From contig JAYQVP010000001.1 of NCBI GenBank assembly GCA_038148515.1, forward strand, positions 294,102 to 358,101: DNA of 64,000 nt, given 5' to 3'. Under the pieces are notes generated by a model. The model did not search any database. It was given only the letters and a program-made list of their open reading frames with translations, and was not told the origin of the DNA. Both the position numbers and the translations under genes were made by a program. Source of the stretch: Poseidonia sp. (GTDB lineage Archaea; Thermoplasmatota; Poseidoniia; Poseidoniales; Poseidoniaceae). Positions 47,158 to 55,775 of the stretch are shown piece after piece; the first letter of the stretch is position 1, and every line of letters starts with the position of its first letter.

Positions 47158-48525
47158 TCAAGGCGAGGTGTCGATGTGAACCGATTCCAAGGGATAGGGT
47201 TCGGTCATGCGCGACAGGACGGCATCGCTTCGCTGCTCCACCGTCGCTCGCCACGGCTCGTCGATGAGGTCGAGCCCGGGCGGATAGATGTCCACCCACC
47301 ACGAAAGGTCCGATTCCAAAAACGGCGCAAGGTGCGGGGCCAAGTGCTCGAGCCGCTGAACTTGCAGGGCCCACAGGGCGTGTTGGGCGGTGCGCAACGG
47401 CTTGGTGTTGAGAAAGGTCGTGATTTCGGGGGCGTTGGGGTCAAACTCACGCCCCAGCGGGCCGTTCTTGTGGAAGCATTTCCAGCACCGACCGCACCAG
47501 CGTTCACCTACCCCTCGCAAACACGAATTGACCACATCGCCCAGTTCGCTCTGTCTGCACACCTCAAGGGCGCCTGCCTCGGAAAGGTGGTTGATCGGCA
47601 GCACGTAGGCCAGTCCTGCCTTGGCGAACATGGCTCGTGATTTCGCCCAGTAGGGGTCGGTTGCGAAATCTCGGAACACCGAACCTCGCTTCAACCAGGT
47701 ATTGTCAATGGGGGTTCCGTAGGCGATGCCGGCGAGGTTGAGATGGTCCGCCAAAAGGACGAGGTGAACGCCGGCGGCGTGCGCGTCCGAAAACCCGTTG
47801 ACCTTGCCGTGGTAGGTTCGAATGCGTTCGTGATTGGAAGGGATGCACAGCACCTCTCGCCCCGTGCGCTGCTTGATGGCCTCGAAGGTCGCCAACGGCA
47901 AGGTGTGGCTGAGCATGGAGTCGAAATTGCGCTGATGGTAGGCGAGGACGGTGTCGTCGGGAAGCAGGAGCAGAGCCGCCGTGGAATCCACGCCCCCCGA
48001 ATAAGCCAAGGCCAACCGCTCACCGGGTTCACGCGCATCGACCGACCACTGCTTGGCGGCGGGAACCCATTGGCCGATGAGCAACTGCATGGCCAGATGA
48101 AGCAGCGACGGGTGGGTCTTGGCAAGCGAATAATCCTCGGGCATGTCCCAGTGCGTCCAACCCCACGGATGGCGCATCCACACACGCCTCCCTTCTTGCA
48201 ACCAGTTCGAGAGAAGGTCGTCGCCGTTCCACGGACGGTCCTCGTCCGGAGTTGGCTCGCCCTGTTCGGCCTGCGTCACCTGCGCCAGTTTGAGTCGTGC
48301 TCGTCGCTCGTAGGTCCCGTCGTCGGCTTCGGGGTGTTCGCTGATGAAGGCGAGAACCTCTTGCCACGCTTGCTGGTTGTAGAGGGAACGCAGCACGATG
48401 TCCCTAGCAAAGGCTCGGTTGCCCGTCGTCAGTTCGCGCGCGGCAAGGTCCGCTGCCCGTTGGTACTCGCCTGCGTTGTAGGCTTTGCGAATGGGCCAAC
48501 GACGCCACGCCTTCCACATCGCCAA
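47158..48525 (-). CDS. PP-loop ATPase with C-terminal Cys cluster, high-GC paralog of 44497-45780
   Basis: LALAYSGGVDSTAALLLLP and CLRGVGERWCGRCWKCFHK. The overall architecture is shared with the low-GC copy. Confidence 0.6.
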   Translation of the reverse strand: MAMWKAWRRWPIRKAYNAGEYQRAADLAARELTTGNRAFARDIVLRSLYNQQAWQEVLAFISEHPEADDGTYERRARLKLAQVTQAEQGEPTPDEDRPWNGDDLLSNWLQEGRRVWMRHPWGWTHWDMPEDYSLAKTHPSLLHLAMQLLIGQWVPAAKQWSVDAREPGERLALAYSGGVDSTAALLLLPDDTVLAYHQRNFDSMLSHTLPLATFEAIKQRTGREVLCIPSNHERIRTYHGKVNGFSDAHAAGVHLVLLADHLNLAGIAYGTPIDNTWLKRGSVFRDFATDPYWAKSRAMFAKAGLAYVLPINHLSEAGALEVCRQSELGDVVNSCLRGVGERWCGRCWKCFHKNGPLGREFDPNAPEITTFLNTKPLRTAQHALWALQVQRLEHLAPHLAPFLESDLSWWVDIYPPGLDLIDEPWRATVEQRSDAVLSRMTEPYPLESVHIDTSP

Positions 48526-48619
48526 CGCCTCTGCCGTTGCCGAACCGTTCCTCGCTTTTCGTTATCACCCTCCGATGTGGGCTACAAAGGCTAAGGCGTG
48601 GGTGCCCCGTCAACAAACC

Positions 48620-49582
48620 ATGGCGAGCGTCCTCATCACCGGTGGAGGGGGCTACATCGGCCAGGCCTGCGCTCGTGCCTTCCGCGATGAGGGGTGGCAG
48701 GTTCGCGTGCTCGACCGACGTTCCTCCGACGAATGCGAAGGCATGGATGCCTTGCTCGCCCAAGGCTGCACGTTCCACCATGCCGACATTCTTGACGAGG
48801 TTGCGATGGCGGAGGCCATGGCGAACTGCGATGCCGTCCTCCATTTGGCAGCGGTATCCTCGGTGCCCGATTCCATCAGCGACCCAACGACCACCATGCG
48901 CGTCAACGTGGACGGAACGGAGACGGTGCTCAGGGTCGCCGCCCGACTTGGTGTGCCACGCGTCGTGGCGGCGTCAAGCGCTGCCGTGTACGGGTCAAAC
49001 CCCAACATGCCGCTTGAAGAGACGGCCACCTTGCAACCGCTTTCACCGTACGCTGAGAGCAAGCGGTTGAACGAGCAAGCGGTGAACGCCTACCGAGATT
49101 CGGGGATGGACGCCATTGCGGTGCGATTTTTCAACGTCTACGGGGGAGACCAGGTCCGATTTGCCAACAATCGGTCGGTGGTACCCTCCTTCCTTCGCAC
49201 GATGATCGCCGGCGAAGCACCGTGCATGTTCGGTGACGGTTCGCAAACGCGGGACTTCATTCACGTGGACGACCTTGCCCGGGCACTGATGGTGTTGATG
49301 GGTTTGGAGGGACCTTTTCAGCATGCGACGGTCAACCTCTGCACCCAGCGTGAGCATTCCATGTTGGACGTGATGAACGGCATCAACGAAGCGTTGGTGA
49401 AACGGGGCGTGCTCGACAAAGCTCTGGTTCCCACCCATCAACCTCCAAGAGAAGGTGACATCCACCGCTCATACGGCTCAAATCGGCGGCTCGTCGAAAC
49501 GACAGGTTGGGCACCTCAGCATGATTTTGTGAGCGGGCTTGACGATACGGTGGGCCGGTTCCTTGGAGGAGCGAGGGAATGA
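48620..49582 (+). CDS. NAD-dependent epimerase/dehydratase (UDP-sugar 4-epimerase-like SDR)
   Basis: MASVLITGGGGYIGQAC (GxxGxxG) and YAESK (YxxxK). Confidence 0.85.
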   Translation: MASVLITGGGGYIGQACARAFRDEGWQVRVLDRRSSDECEGMDALLAQGCTFHHADILDEVAMAEAMANCDAVLHLAAVSSVPDSISDPTTTMRVNVDGTETVLRVAARLGVPRVVAASSAAVYGSNPNMPLEETATLQPLSPYAESKRLNEQAVNAYRDSGMDAIAVRFFNVYGGDQVRFANNRSVVPSFLRTMIAGEAPCMFGDGSQTRDFIHVDDLARALMVLMGLEGPFQHATVNLCTQREHSMLDVMNGINEALVKRGVLDKALVPTHQPPREGDIHRSYGSNRRLVETTGWAPQHDFVSGLDDTVGRFLGGARE

Positions 49583-50691
49583 AGGTCGCTTGGTTCACCG
49601 TCCGAAAATGGGCCGATTTTTGCGCCACCACCACCGATGCGCTTGCGCATGGGATGGTCGCCAACGGTCACGAGTTGACGGTGTTCAACCCGGATGCGTC
49701 GGAAGCGCACCGCGACGCTCCGTGGAGCCACGTTTCGCTTGACCAGAGCGAGCGACGAGGTTTTCGAGCCCGCAGCGTGGCTAAATCGGGGGCTCGCTGG
49801 CTCTCCAACGCGGCGAACACCGTCGATGTTGACGTCGTTCTCGTCGACTGGCAGTTGCTTCCTACGCTCATGCCCACGTTGACGCACCTGAACCGTCCGG
49901 TGGTGCTGGTTGACCGTTCGCCCCCCGCCGATGCAGGTTTGCTTGGAAGGCTGCAGTGGAGGGTCTGGAAGCGAGCGTGGCAGTGCCTACGTTACGGACG
50001 CGTTCAGGCGGGGACCGTGGTGTCGCAAGCCCACGCAGCCTTCGTGACGCAACGGGCCGGTGTGCGAGCGAGCGACATGCATTCGCTGCCCGCCGGCGTG
50101 GACGTCAACGCCTTCCAACCGCACGCCATCCCAAGCACACCTCTGCGAACGGTGTACCACGGCCGGCTTGACAAGAACCGAGGCGTGCTCGCTTTGCCGA
50201 TGCTCGTTCATTTGCTCCGACAGGACGGCGTGGACGCTGAACTCACGCTGATCGGTGACGGCGATGCGTTGCCTGCGCTCAAGCAGATGGAAGCCGAACG
50301 GCCGTGGATGAACCTCGTGCCCACCCTCACTCACGAGGACTTGCCGGCTGAACTCACCCAACACCACGTCGGCTTCTTGCCGATGCCGGCGACGACGGTG
50401 TGGCAACTGGCCAGCCCGCTCAAGCGGAGCGAATACCTTGCTGCAGGCCTTCTGGTTCTCGGCATCGACCACGACGGTCACCGTCTTGAAGGTGTGAGCG
50501 AGGCATGGTACCGGCTTCTTGCGCAAGAGGACTTTCTGGGCGACGGTGTGGCGTGGTTGAAACAACTCGACGAACACCGCCTTGCGGATGGCCGGGCGGC
50601 AGCCAGAACGTTCGCTGAATCCTCTTGCTCGTGGAACACCAGCGTTGAGGTTCTAGAAAACCTGCTTCAGTCCTTCAACCACGACGCGTAG
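49579..50691 (+). CDS. GT4-family glycosyltransferase
   Basis: MKVAWFTVRKW... N-domain. C-terminal GFLPMPATTVWQLASPLKRSEYLAAGLLVLG (E-x7-E region). 4-nt overlap with the epimerase. Confidence 0.7.
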   Translation: MKVAWFTVRKWADFCATTTDALAHGMVANGHELTVFNPDASEAHRDAPWSHVSLDQSERRGFRARSVAKSGARWLSNAANTVDVDVVLVDWQLLPTLMPTLTHLNRPVVLVDRSPPADAGLLGRLQWRVWKRAWQCLRYGRVQAGTVVSQAHAAFVTQRAGVRASDMHSLPAGVDVNAFQPHAIPSTPLRTVYHGRLDKNRGVLALPMLVHLLRQDGVDAELTLIGDGDALPALKQMEAERPWMNLVPTLTHEDLPAELTQHHVGFLPMPATTVWQLASPLKRSEYLAAGLLVLGIDHDGHRLEGVSEAWYRLLAQEDFLGDGVAWLKQLDEHRLADGRAAARTFAESSCSWNTSVEVLENLLQSFNHDA

Positions 50692-51647
50692 AGCGCCCCC
50701 CACCGCTGCGCAACAGCGGCGACCCGGTGGTCATCGAGGTTGACCTGTGGTTGTGGGGAGCCGTCCATCACCCCTTGCACGGCCTGAACCCAATCTTGCA
50801 CGTTCGGCCCGGCGCGAACCGTGCCTTCGGGCAGGGAATGAAGCCGCTGCGGTGCGATCACGGGAAGGCCGCACGCCAACGCTTCGAGCACGACCAAAGG
50901 TTGGCCTTCAACGCTGGAAGGCAGGAGCAACACGGTTGCTGTTTGAAGAAGTTCGAGTTTTTTCTCCTCGCTGACCCACCCCAGCGGTTGAACAAAATGC
51001 AGCGATGAGTGTTCCCGCCCGGTCATGCTCAAACGGACATCGGGGTGGTTTTCCACGAGACGAGCGACCACCTCTTCGGCAAACCCGTGCCCTTTGACCG
51101 GGTCGTCTCGACCGAGAACAAGCACATGGTTGGTGTCGCGGGCGCGTTCACCGGGAGCATACTTCGGCCCCACCGGATTCACAACCGCTTCAACCGGCCC
51201 AAGCACTGGAGCGAGTAACCGCTTCCACTCCTCGCTCAACACTGCTTGGTGCAATCCGAGTTTAGCCACACTTGAACGGTGTTGTTTCGCTCGTTTTCCG
51301 TCCGCAGGACCCATCCATGCCGCCAGTCGGCCCGAATGGTGGTGAAGCACGGCCGGCACCTCAAAGCGGCGCACGGTCCTCAACAGGCGAAGCTTCCGGC
51401 GGAGGGACCAGTCCGAGGCCACGTGAACGTGAACGATATCGGGCCGCTGGTCGGCTGAGGCACATCGCCGCTTCAGTTCCGCCCTTGCCCGCCTGTAGGC
51501 TCGCCATTTCGTCCACGGGCTTCCCGGGGCATGCGAGGCGAGCAGGTCGGCCTGCCAGCCATCGGGAGGGTGTTCAGCCAGCGTCCGCATCACGGTTGCC
51601 ATGCCCCCAGGCGTGTCGCACGGCCCCACATGCAACACCCTTCGCAT
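50667..51647 (-). CDS. GT4-family glycosyltransferase
   Basis: MRRVLHVGPCDTPGGMATV... and VLLLPSSVEGQPLVVLEALACGLPVIA (E-x7-E). Confidence 0.7.
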   Translation of the reverse strand: MRRVLHVGPCDTPGGMATVMRTLAEHPPDGWQADLLASHAPGSPWTKWRAYRRARAELKRRCASADQRPDIVHVHVASDWSLRRKLRLLRTVRRFEVPAVLHHHSGRLAAWMGPADGKRAKQHRSSVAKLGLHQAVLSEEWKRLLAPVLGPVEAVVNPVGPKYAPGERARDTNHVLVLGRDDPVKGHGFAEEVVARLVENHPDVRLSMTGREHSSLHFVQPLGWVSEEKKLELLQTATVLLLPSSVEGQPLVVLEALACGLPVIAPQRLHSLPEGTVRAGPNVQDWVQAVQGVMDGSPQPQVNLDDHRVAAVAQRWGALYASWLKD

Positions 51648-51708
51648 GGTTGGACGGAGGGCTTCGGGATGAAGAAAGCACGGGCGAAAGCGGCTTGGAG
51701 GACCGAGC

Positions 51709-52977
51709 ATGAACAGGAGGGCTCAAGGATGGAAGGGAACACGTACCTGCATGGTCGTTGTGCCAGCGATGATCGAAGGTGCGGCTTTGGGAGTGGCCCT
51801 GCTGCCCTTCGTCGTTCATCGCTGGGACATGTATCGCTGGGACCGCGACCATCGTCAGGACCACCGCCCCAAAGCCGTGAACCACCAGGAAGCACTGACG
51901 GTCGTGCTGCCCTTGTGGAACGAATCCGCTATCATCACCCAGAAATTGGACAACCTCGCACAGCAAGACATGGCGTGTACGCTGCTCGTCATCGATTCCG
52001 CCTCCACCGACGACACCATTGCCAAGGTGGAAGGGTGGTTGAAGGCGAATCCCACGGCCTTCGCTGCCTCGCAGGTCATCGTCATGCCAGAACGAAAGGG
52101 AAAATCCGCCGCCGTGATTCAGGCGCTCACCCACATTGGCCAACACGCCGAAGGGCTGGTGTGCATGACGGACGCTGACGCCTTGCTGGAGACGGGTGTG
52201 CTTCGGCGCATGATGCAGTGGTTCGCCGACCCGATGGTCGGTGCTGTGGGCGCTCTTCCTCGACGGATAGGCGCACGGCCCGAGGAGCAGGAACACCGGG
52301 CGTCCTGGGAGGCCATGCGACTGGCTGAATCCATGGTGGATAGCACCCCGTTTCTCGAGGGTTCATGCATGATGTGGCGGCCTTCGAGCATGGCTATTGA
52401 CGATCTCGTGGAGCACGCCAACGCCGACGACGCCCAAATCGCCACCTCGGTGCGCTGCAAGGGATGGCGCGTCGTGGTCGACCCCCAAGCACGGTTCGTG
52501 GATGCTGCACCGGCATCGGCCATTGAACAGCGACGCCAAAAAATTCGCAGGGCTCAAGGACTCCAGCGTTTGCTCGTGCGGCAACGTCGCGTGGCAACGC
52601 AGCGCCATCAGGGGATCTTTGCTCGCATCTTTCGCCGACAACACCACTTCCATGTCGTCGCTCCCTTGGCCCTGACCGTGGCGGTTGCTTCTGCTGTGCT
52701 GCGGTGGGCGTTCATTCTGCTGTACGGTTGGCCAGCGACCTTCACATTGGCCAACAGTTTGCATCTGGGCTTCACCGTGGCCGAATTGGTGACGGTTGCC
52801 TTGTGGTGGCGAGGCAGACGTGGATTGAGCAACGGACCGTTCAGCGTCTTGGGCCATTGGCTGGCCAGCATGGAATTGCTGGGTCGAGCCTTGGTGACCA
52901 CCGCCCGTGGCCGTTCGCTCCATGTTTGGGAGCAACACGCCGACGTTCGAGAACGGCTCAAGGATGTCAAAGTTTGA
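51709..52977 (+). CDS. GT2-family glycosyltransferase with N- and C-terminal TM helices (synthase-like)
   Basis: LTVVLPLWNESAII..., LLVIDSASTDDT, and MTDADA (DxD). C-terminal hydrophobic helices. Confidence 0.7.
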   Translation: MNRRAQGWKGTRTCMVVVPAMIEGAALGVALLPFVVHRWDMYRWDRDHRQDHRPKAVNHQEALTVVLPLWNESAIITQKLDNLAQQDMACTLLVIDSASTDDTIAKVEGWLKANPTAFAASQVIVMPERKGKSAAVIQALTHIGQHAEGLVCMTDADALLETGVLRRMMQWFADPMVGAVGALPRRIGARPEEQEHRASWEAMRLAESMVDSTPFLEGSCMMWRPSSMAIDDLVEHANADDAQIATSVRCKGWRVVVDPQARFVDAAPASAIEQRRQKIRRAQGLQRLLVRQRRVATQRHQGIFARIFRRQHHFHVVAPLALTVAVASAVLRWAFILLYGWPATFTLANSLHLGFTVAELVTVALWWRGRRGLSNGPFSVLGHWLASMELLGRALVTTARGRSLHVWEQHADVRERLKDVKV

Positions 52978-53064
52978 GAAAAAGGCCCCGCCGTCAGCCT
53001 TGGCTGACGGAGGGGCGTTGTACAGGTCAGAGACCTGGAATCGGCTGAGGCCGTGTGATCGAAA

Positions 53065-53565
53065 TCACTCAGCGACGACGTTGTTGGTCGTGTCGATGGT
53101 CTTGCCTTCTCGGGTGTCCGTGATGGTCACGTCGATGCTGCAAGAGCTGCTGCACAGGTCGGTACCGGTCTCAACGATGGTGACGCCATCGCCAACGGAC
53201 CAGACTTGGTCGTCGGTGGTGCCGTACTCAACAAGGCCGCAGACGCCGCCAGTGTTGCCAGGGTTGTCACAGGTCACAGGTGCTGCACCGTCGATGGACA
53301 ACTTCACTGAGATCGAAGCCCAGTTGATGTCGCCGCCTTGGTCCATGCTCAGCATGATCAGGTTGTCATCGGATTCTGCGCTGGGGGAACCTTGAGCGTC
53401 ATCGCCGCTGAACGCGTACAATGCCAGGTTTCCATCGGTGTTGCCTTCAGCGAGGGAGCTAGCCCACACGTACAGCACACCAGCCAACACAACGGTGATG
53501 GCCACCATCAAGATGGTAGCAATGACCGGGCTGACAGCCTCTTCATTTCGGTTTTCGTTTTGCAT
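53065..53565 (-). CDS. archaeal type IV pilin-like protein (class III signal peptide, Pilin_N)
   Basis: MQNENRNEEA|VSPVIATILMVAITVVLAGVLYVW matches the archaeal pilin N-terminal consensus (GVSPVIATVLLIAITV). The remainder is a beta-rich Thr/Asp/Gly-rich ectodomain. GGAGGA SD 6 nt upstream. Confidence 0.75.
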   Translation of the reverse strand: MQNENRNEEAVSPVIATILMVAITVVLAGVLYVWASSLAEGNTDGNLALYAFSGDDAQGSPSAESDDNLIMLSMDQGGDINWASISVKLSIDGAAPVTCDNPGNTGGVCGLVEYGTTDDQVWSVGDGVTIVETGTDLCSSSCSIDVTITDTREGKTIDTTNNVVAE

Positions 53566-53877
53566 ATTTTTGTCCTCCTTGCCCCTCAGGGGGCACCATT
53601 GCCATAGCCGTCCTCATATTAAATGATACGGTGCCAGATGTTCGCCTTCCGCGCGAAAAACGGCGTTTTTCAGAGAATTTTCAAGGTGGTGCCGAACAGT
53701 CTTATCGCGCCGAAGAGTGGTGCAGACCGTTTGTAAATACCATTTCTGCATCGATGATGGCTGACGCTGGGGTGGAGTAGAGGTGAACAGGGTGAGAGAA
53801 AACGAGAGGGGATGGGATGCACTCAACGAGAACTTCAACAGCCCTGTTCATGAGACTGGAGGTGTTGACAGTTTATA

Positions 53878-53897
53878 GGGCTTTTCAAGCCCAAAAA
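53878..53897 (-). terminator. putative terminator: GGGCTTTTCAAGCCC hairpin plus T5 run directly after the MetAP stop codon
   Basis: Read on the minus strand: TAA-tctcgcTTTTTgggcttgaaaagccc. Archaeal oligo-T with adjacent stem-loop. Confidence 0.3.
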
Positions 53898-53904
53898 GCG
53901 AGAT

Positions 53905-54918
53905 TTACTCGACGGTGAGGATTTCCGGGCCGCCGGAGGTCACGTGGACGGTGTGCTCGAACTGTGCGATATTGCCCCCGTCCTTGCATCGCAACACATG
54001 ATACGTCTCCAAAAAGCGAATGCTGATGAGTTTCTTGATCAGCGCATTCCACTTGCTCTGAAGGCTCGCTTCGTCGGCGTCCGGGAAGGGTTTCTTCAAC
54101 ATGGGGTAGGCCCAGCGTTCTGCAAATGGAAGGGTGGAATAGCGCTCTTCGAGGTTGCGAGCCATTTGCGCCCCCAGCGGTTTGAGTTGGCCCTTGGCGC
54201 GAGCCTTTCTCGATGTGGTAATGCCCGTGACCCGGTAAATGTTGGAGGAGTGGTGACTCCCGATGTTCTCGATAAGCCCCGATGAGCCGGTCGTGTTGAA
54301 CGGTTCGATGGCGTAAACACCGCCATCCTCCACGACACCCTTGAACCCCTGGTTGTCCTTGCCGCAGGCATAGGATGGAACGGAGACGCCGGCATGCAAC
54401 TCCCAGGGCTTGAGTTGGTGACCGCAGAGGTTGCGAATGGGTTGGAAGCCAGCGTCAAGCGACGGCTGCGCCGCTGCTTGGCCCACTTTGTACCACGGCG
54501 TTCCCGGGTGCATCAGTTCCACCGCTGCGTCCCTGGCTTCCTTGGCCGCTTTGATCTGTTCAGTGTGCTCGTTGCTGTTGCCCACTTCAAAGGTCAACGC
54601 ATTGTCGCCGATGTGGCCTTTGATGTGGACGCCGAAGTCAATCTTGACCAGGTCGCCTTTCTGCAACACCATGTCGCCCTCCCATCCTTCAACGCCCTCA
54701 ACGAGGTGGTTGGTGGTGAAGTGGGCAGCGAGATCGTTCACGGCGATGGTGCCGGGGAAGGCAGGTTTGCCACCGTGGCGATGAATGAAGCGTTCGGCGC
54801 TTTCGATGATCTCGTGAAAGGTCTTGCCCGGTTGCAATTCCAATTTCATCGCTTCGAGGGTTCGCCGTGCGACGTGGCCTGCATCTCGCCAATATTTCAG
54901 GTCCGATTCGTCCACCAT
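53905..54918 (-). CDS. map: methionine aminopeptidase, type 2 (archaeal/eukaryotic class)
   Basis: HGGKPAFPGTIAVND, DLVKIDFGVHIKGHIGDNALTF, and the type-2 insert. Metal ligands D/D/H/E/E in the expected order. Confidence 0.85.
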   Translation of the reverse strand: MVDESDLKYWRDAGHVARRTLEAMKLELQPGKTFHEIIESAERFIHRHGGKPAFPGTIAVNDLAAHFTTNHLVEGVEGWEGDMVLQKGDLVKIDFGVHIKGHIGDNALTFEVGNSNEHTEQIKAAKEARDAAVELMHPGTPWYKVGQAAAQPSLDAGFQPIRNLCGHQLKPWELHAGVSVPSYACGKDNQGFKGVVEDGGVYAIEPFNTTGSSGLIENIGSHHSSNIYRVTGITTSRKARAKGQLKPLGAQMARNLEERYSTLPFAERWAYPMLKKPFPDADEASLQSKWNALIKKLISIRFLETYHVLRCKDGGNIAQFEHTVHVTSGGPEILTVE

Positions 54919-55490
54919 TCCATCACGCTATCGGCGGATACAATGCCTTCTCTCATAATGGTTATGTTTGCCCCGTGTTCATTTCCTGTCACGGACACGA
55001 TGGTGCTACCGACCCCTCCCGGGCAGGCGCCGGGCAAAATTGCCACCTCGGGCAGCCCAAGACTCTGCCCGGCTGCTTCCGCCGTCGCCTCTGGGATTTC
55101 GCCAGATTCGTTCGCACTCGTGGCGGTGATGGGGCCACACGCCGTCACCAGTGCCCGAGCGGTTGGGTGAGCGAGGCAACGAACGGCCACTCGCCAACCC
55201 CCCAAACGTGGGTCCAAGGCTTCGTGGGCATCAAGGATGAACGTGAAGACGCCAGGTGGGAACGCCGCCTCAAGGGCGTGAACCTCTGGCGGGACGGCCA
55301 CCACGGAGCTGGCTTGTTCCAAGGAGAGAACGCCCAAACTCACGGGTTTGTCGGGCGAACGTTGTTTGAGGGCAAAGAGGGCATCGAGGCCCTCCTTGGT
55401 GGGCAAACAGGCCAATCCGGGCAGGGTGGAGGTCGGGTAGGCCACCACGCCACCTTTCTCGAGGTGGCGAATCAAGGCCACGTTCAACAT
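54897..55490 (-). CDS. tsaC: L-threonylcarbamoyladenylate synthase (YrdC/Sua5 domain, TsaC-like)
   Basis: GGVVAYPTSTLPGLACLP and ...ATSANESGE, 197 aa YrdC-only form. Confidence 0.8.
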   Translation of the reverse strand: MLNVALIRHLEKGGVVAYPTSTLPGLACLPTKEGLDALFALKQRSPDKPVSLGVLSLEQASSVVAVPPEVHALEAAFPPGVFTFILDAHEALDPRLGGWRVAVRCLAHPTARALVTACGPITATSANESGEIPEATAEAAGQSLGLPEVAILPGACPGGVGSTIVSVTGNEHGANITIMREGIVSADSVMEWWTNRT

Positions 55491-55493
55491 CGT

Positions 55494-55766
55494 TCACGCA
55501 CGCACCCATGAGGTGACGTGCTGCTTGGCAACGGTGGAGGCCAACGTCTTGTCTTCGGTACGCACCATGAGTTTCCCGCTGGGGTACAGCGTCATCTCGC
55601 AAGGACCCGAGAAGGTCCAGCACAAACGAGAACGAACACCCACGTCGTAGCCTTCGGCTTCAATCGCTGCGCCGACTCGCTCAAGATCGATGGATTCCAC
55701 TCCCTCTGGGACGATTTGGTACGCTGCTTGTGTACCGCACAACTCCATTGCAAAACCTTCGGTCAT
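55494..55766 (-). CDS. small hypothetical protein (90 aa)
   Basis: Unique ORF filling the 4-nt-spaced gap between the repeat protein and tsaC on the same strand. No recognisable motif. Confidence 0.35.
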   Translation of the reverse strand: MTEGFAMELCGTQAAYQIVPEGVESIDLERVGAAIEAEGYDVGVRSRLCWTFSGPCEMTLYPSGKLMVRTEDKTLASTVAKQHVTSWVRA

Positions 55767-55775
55767 CGATTCACC

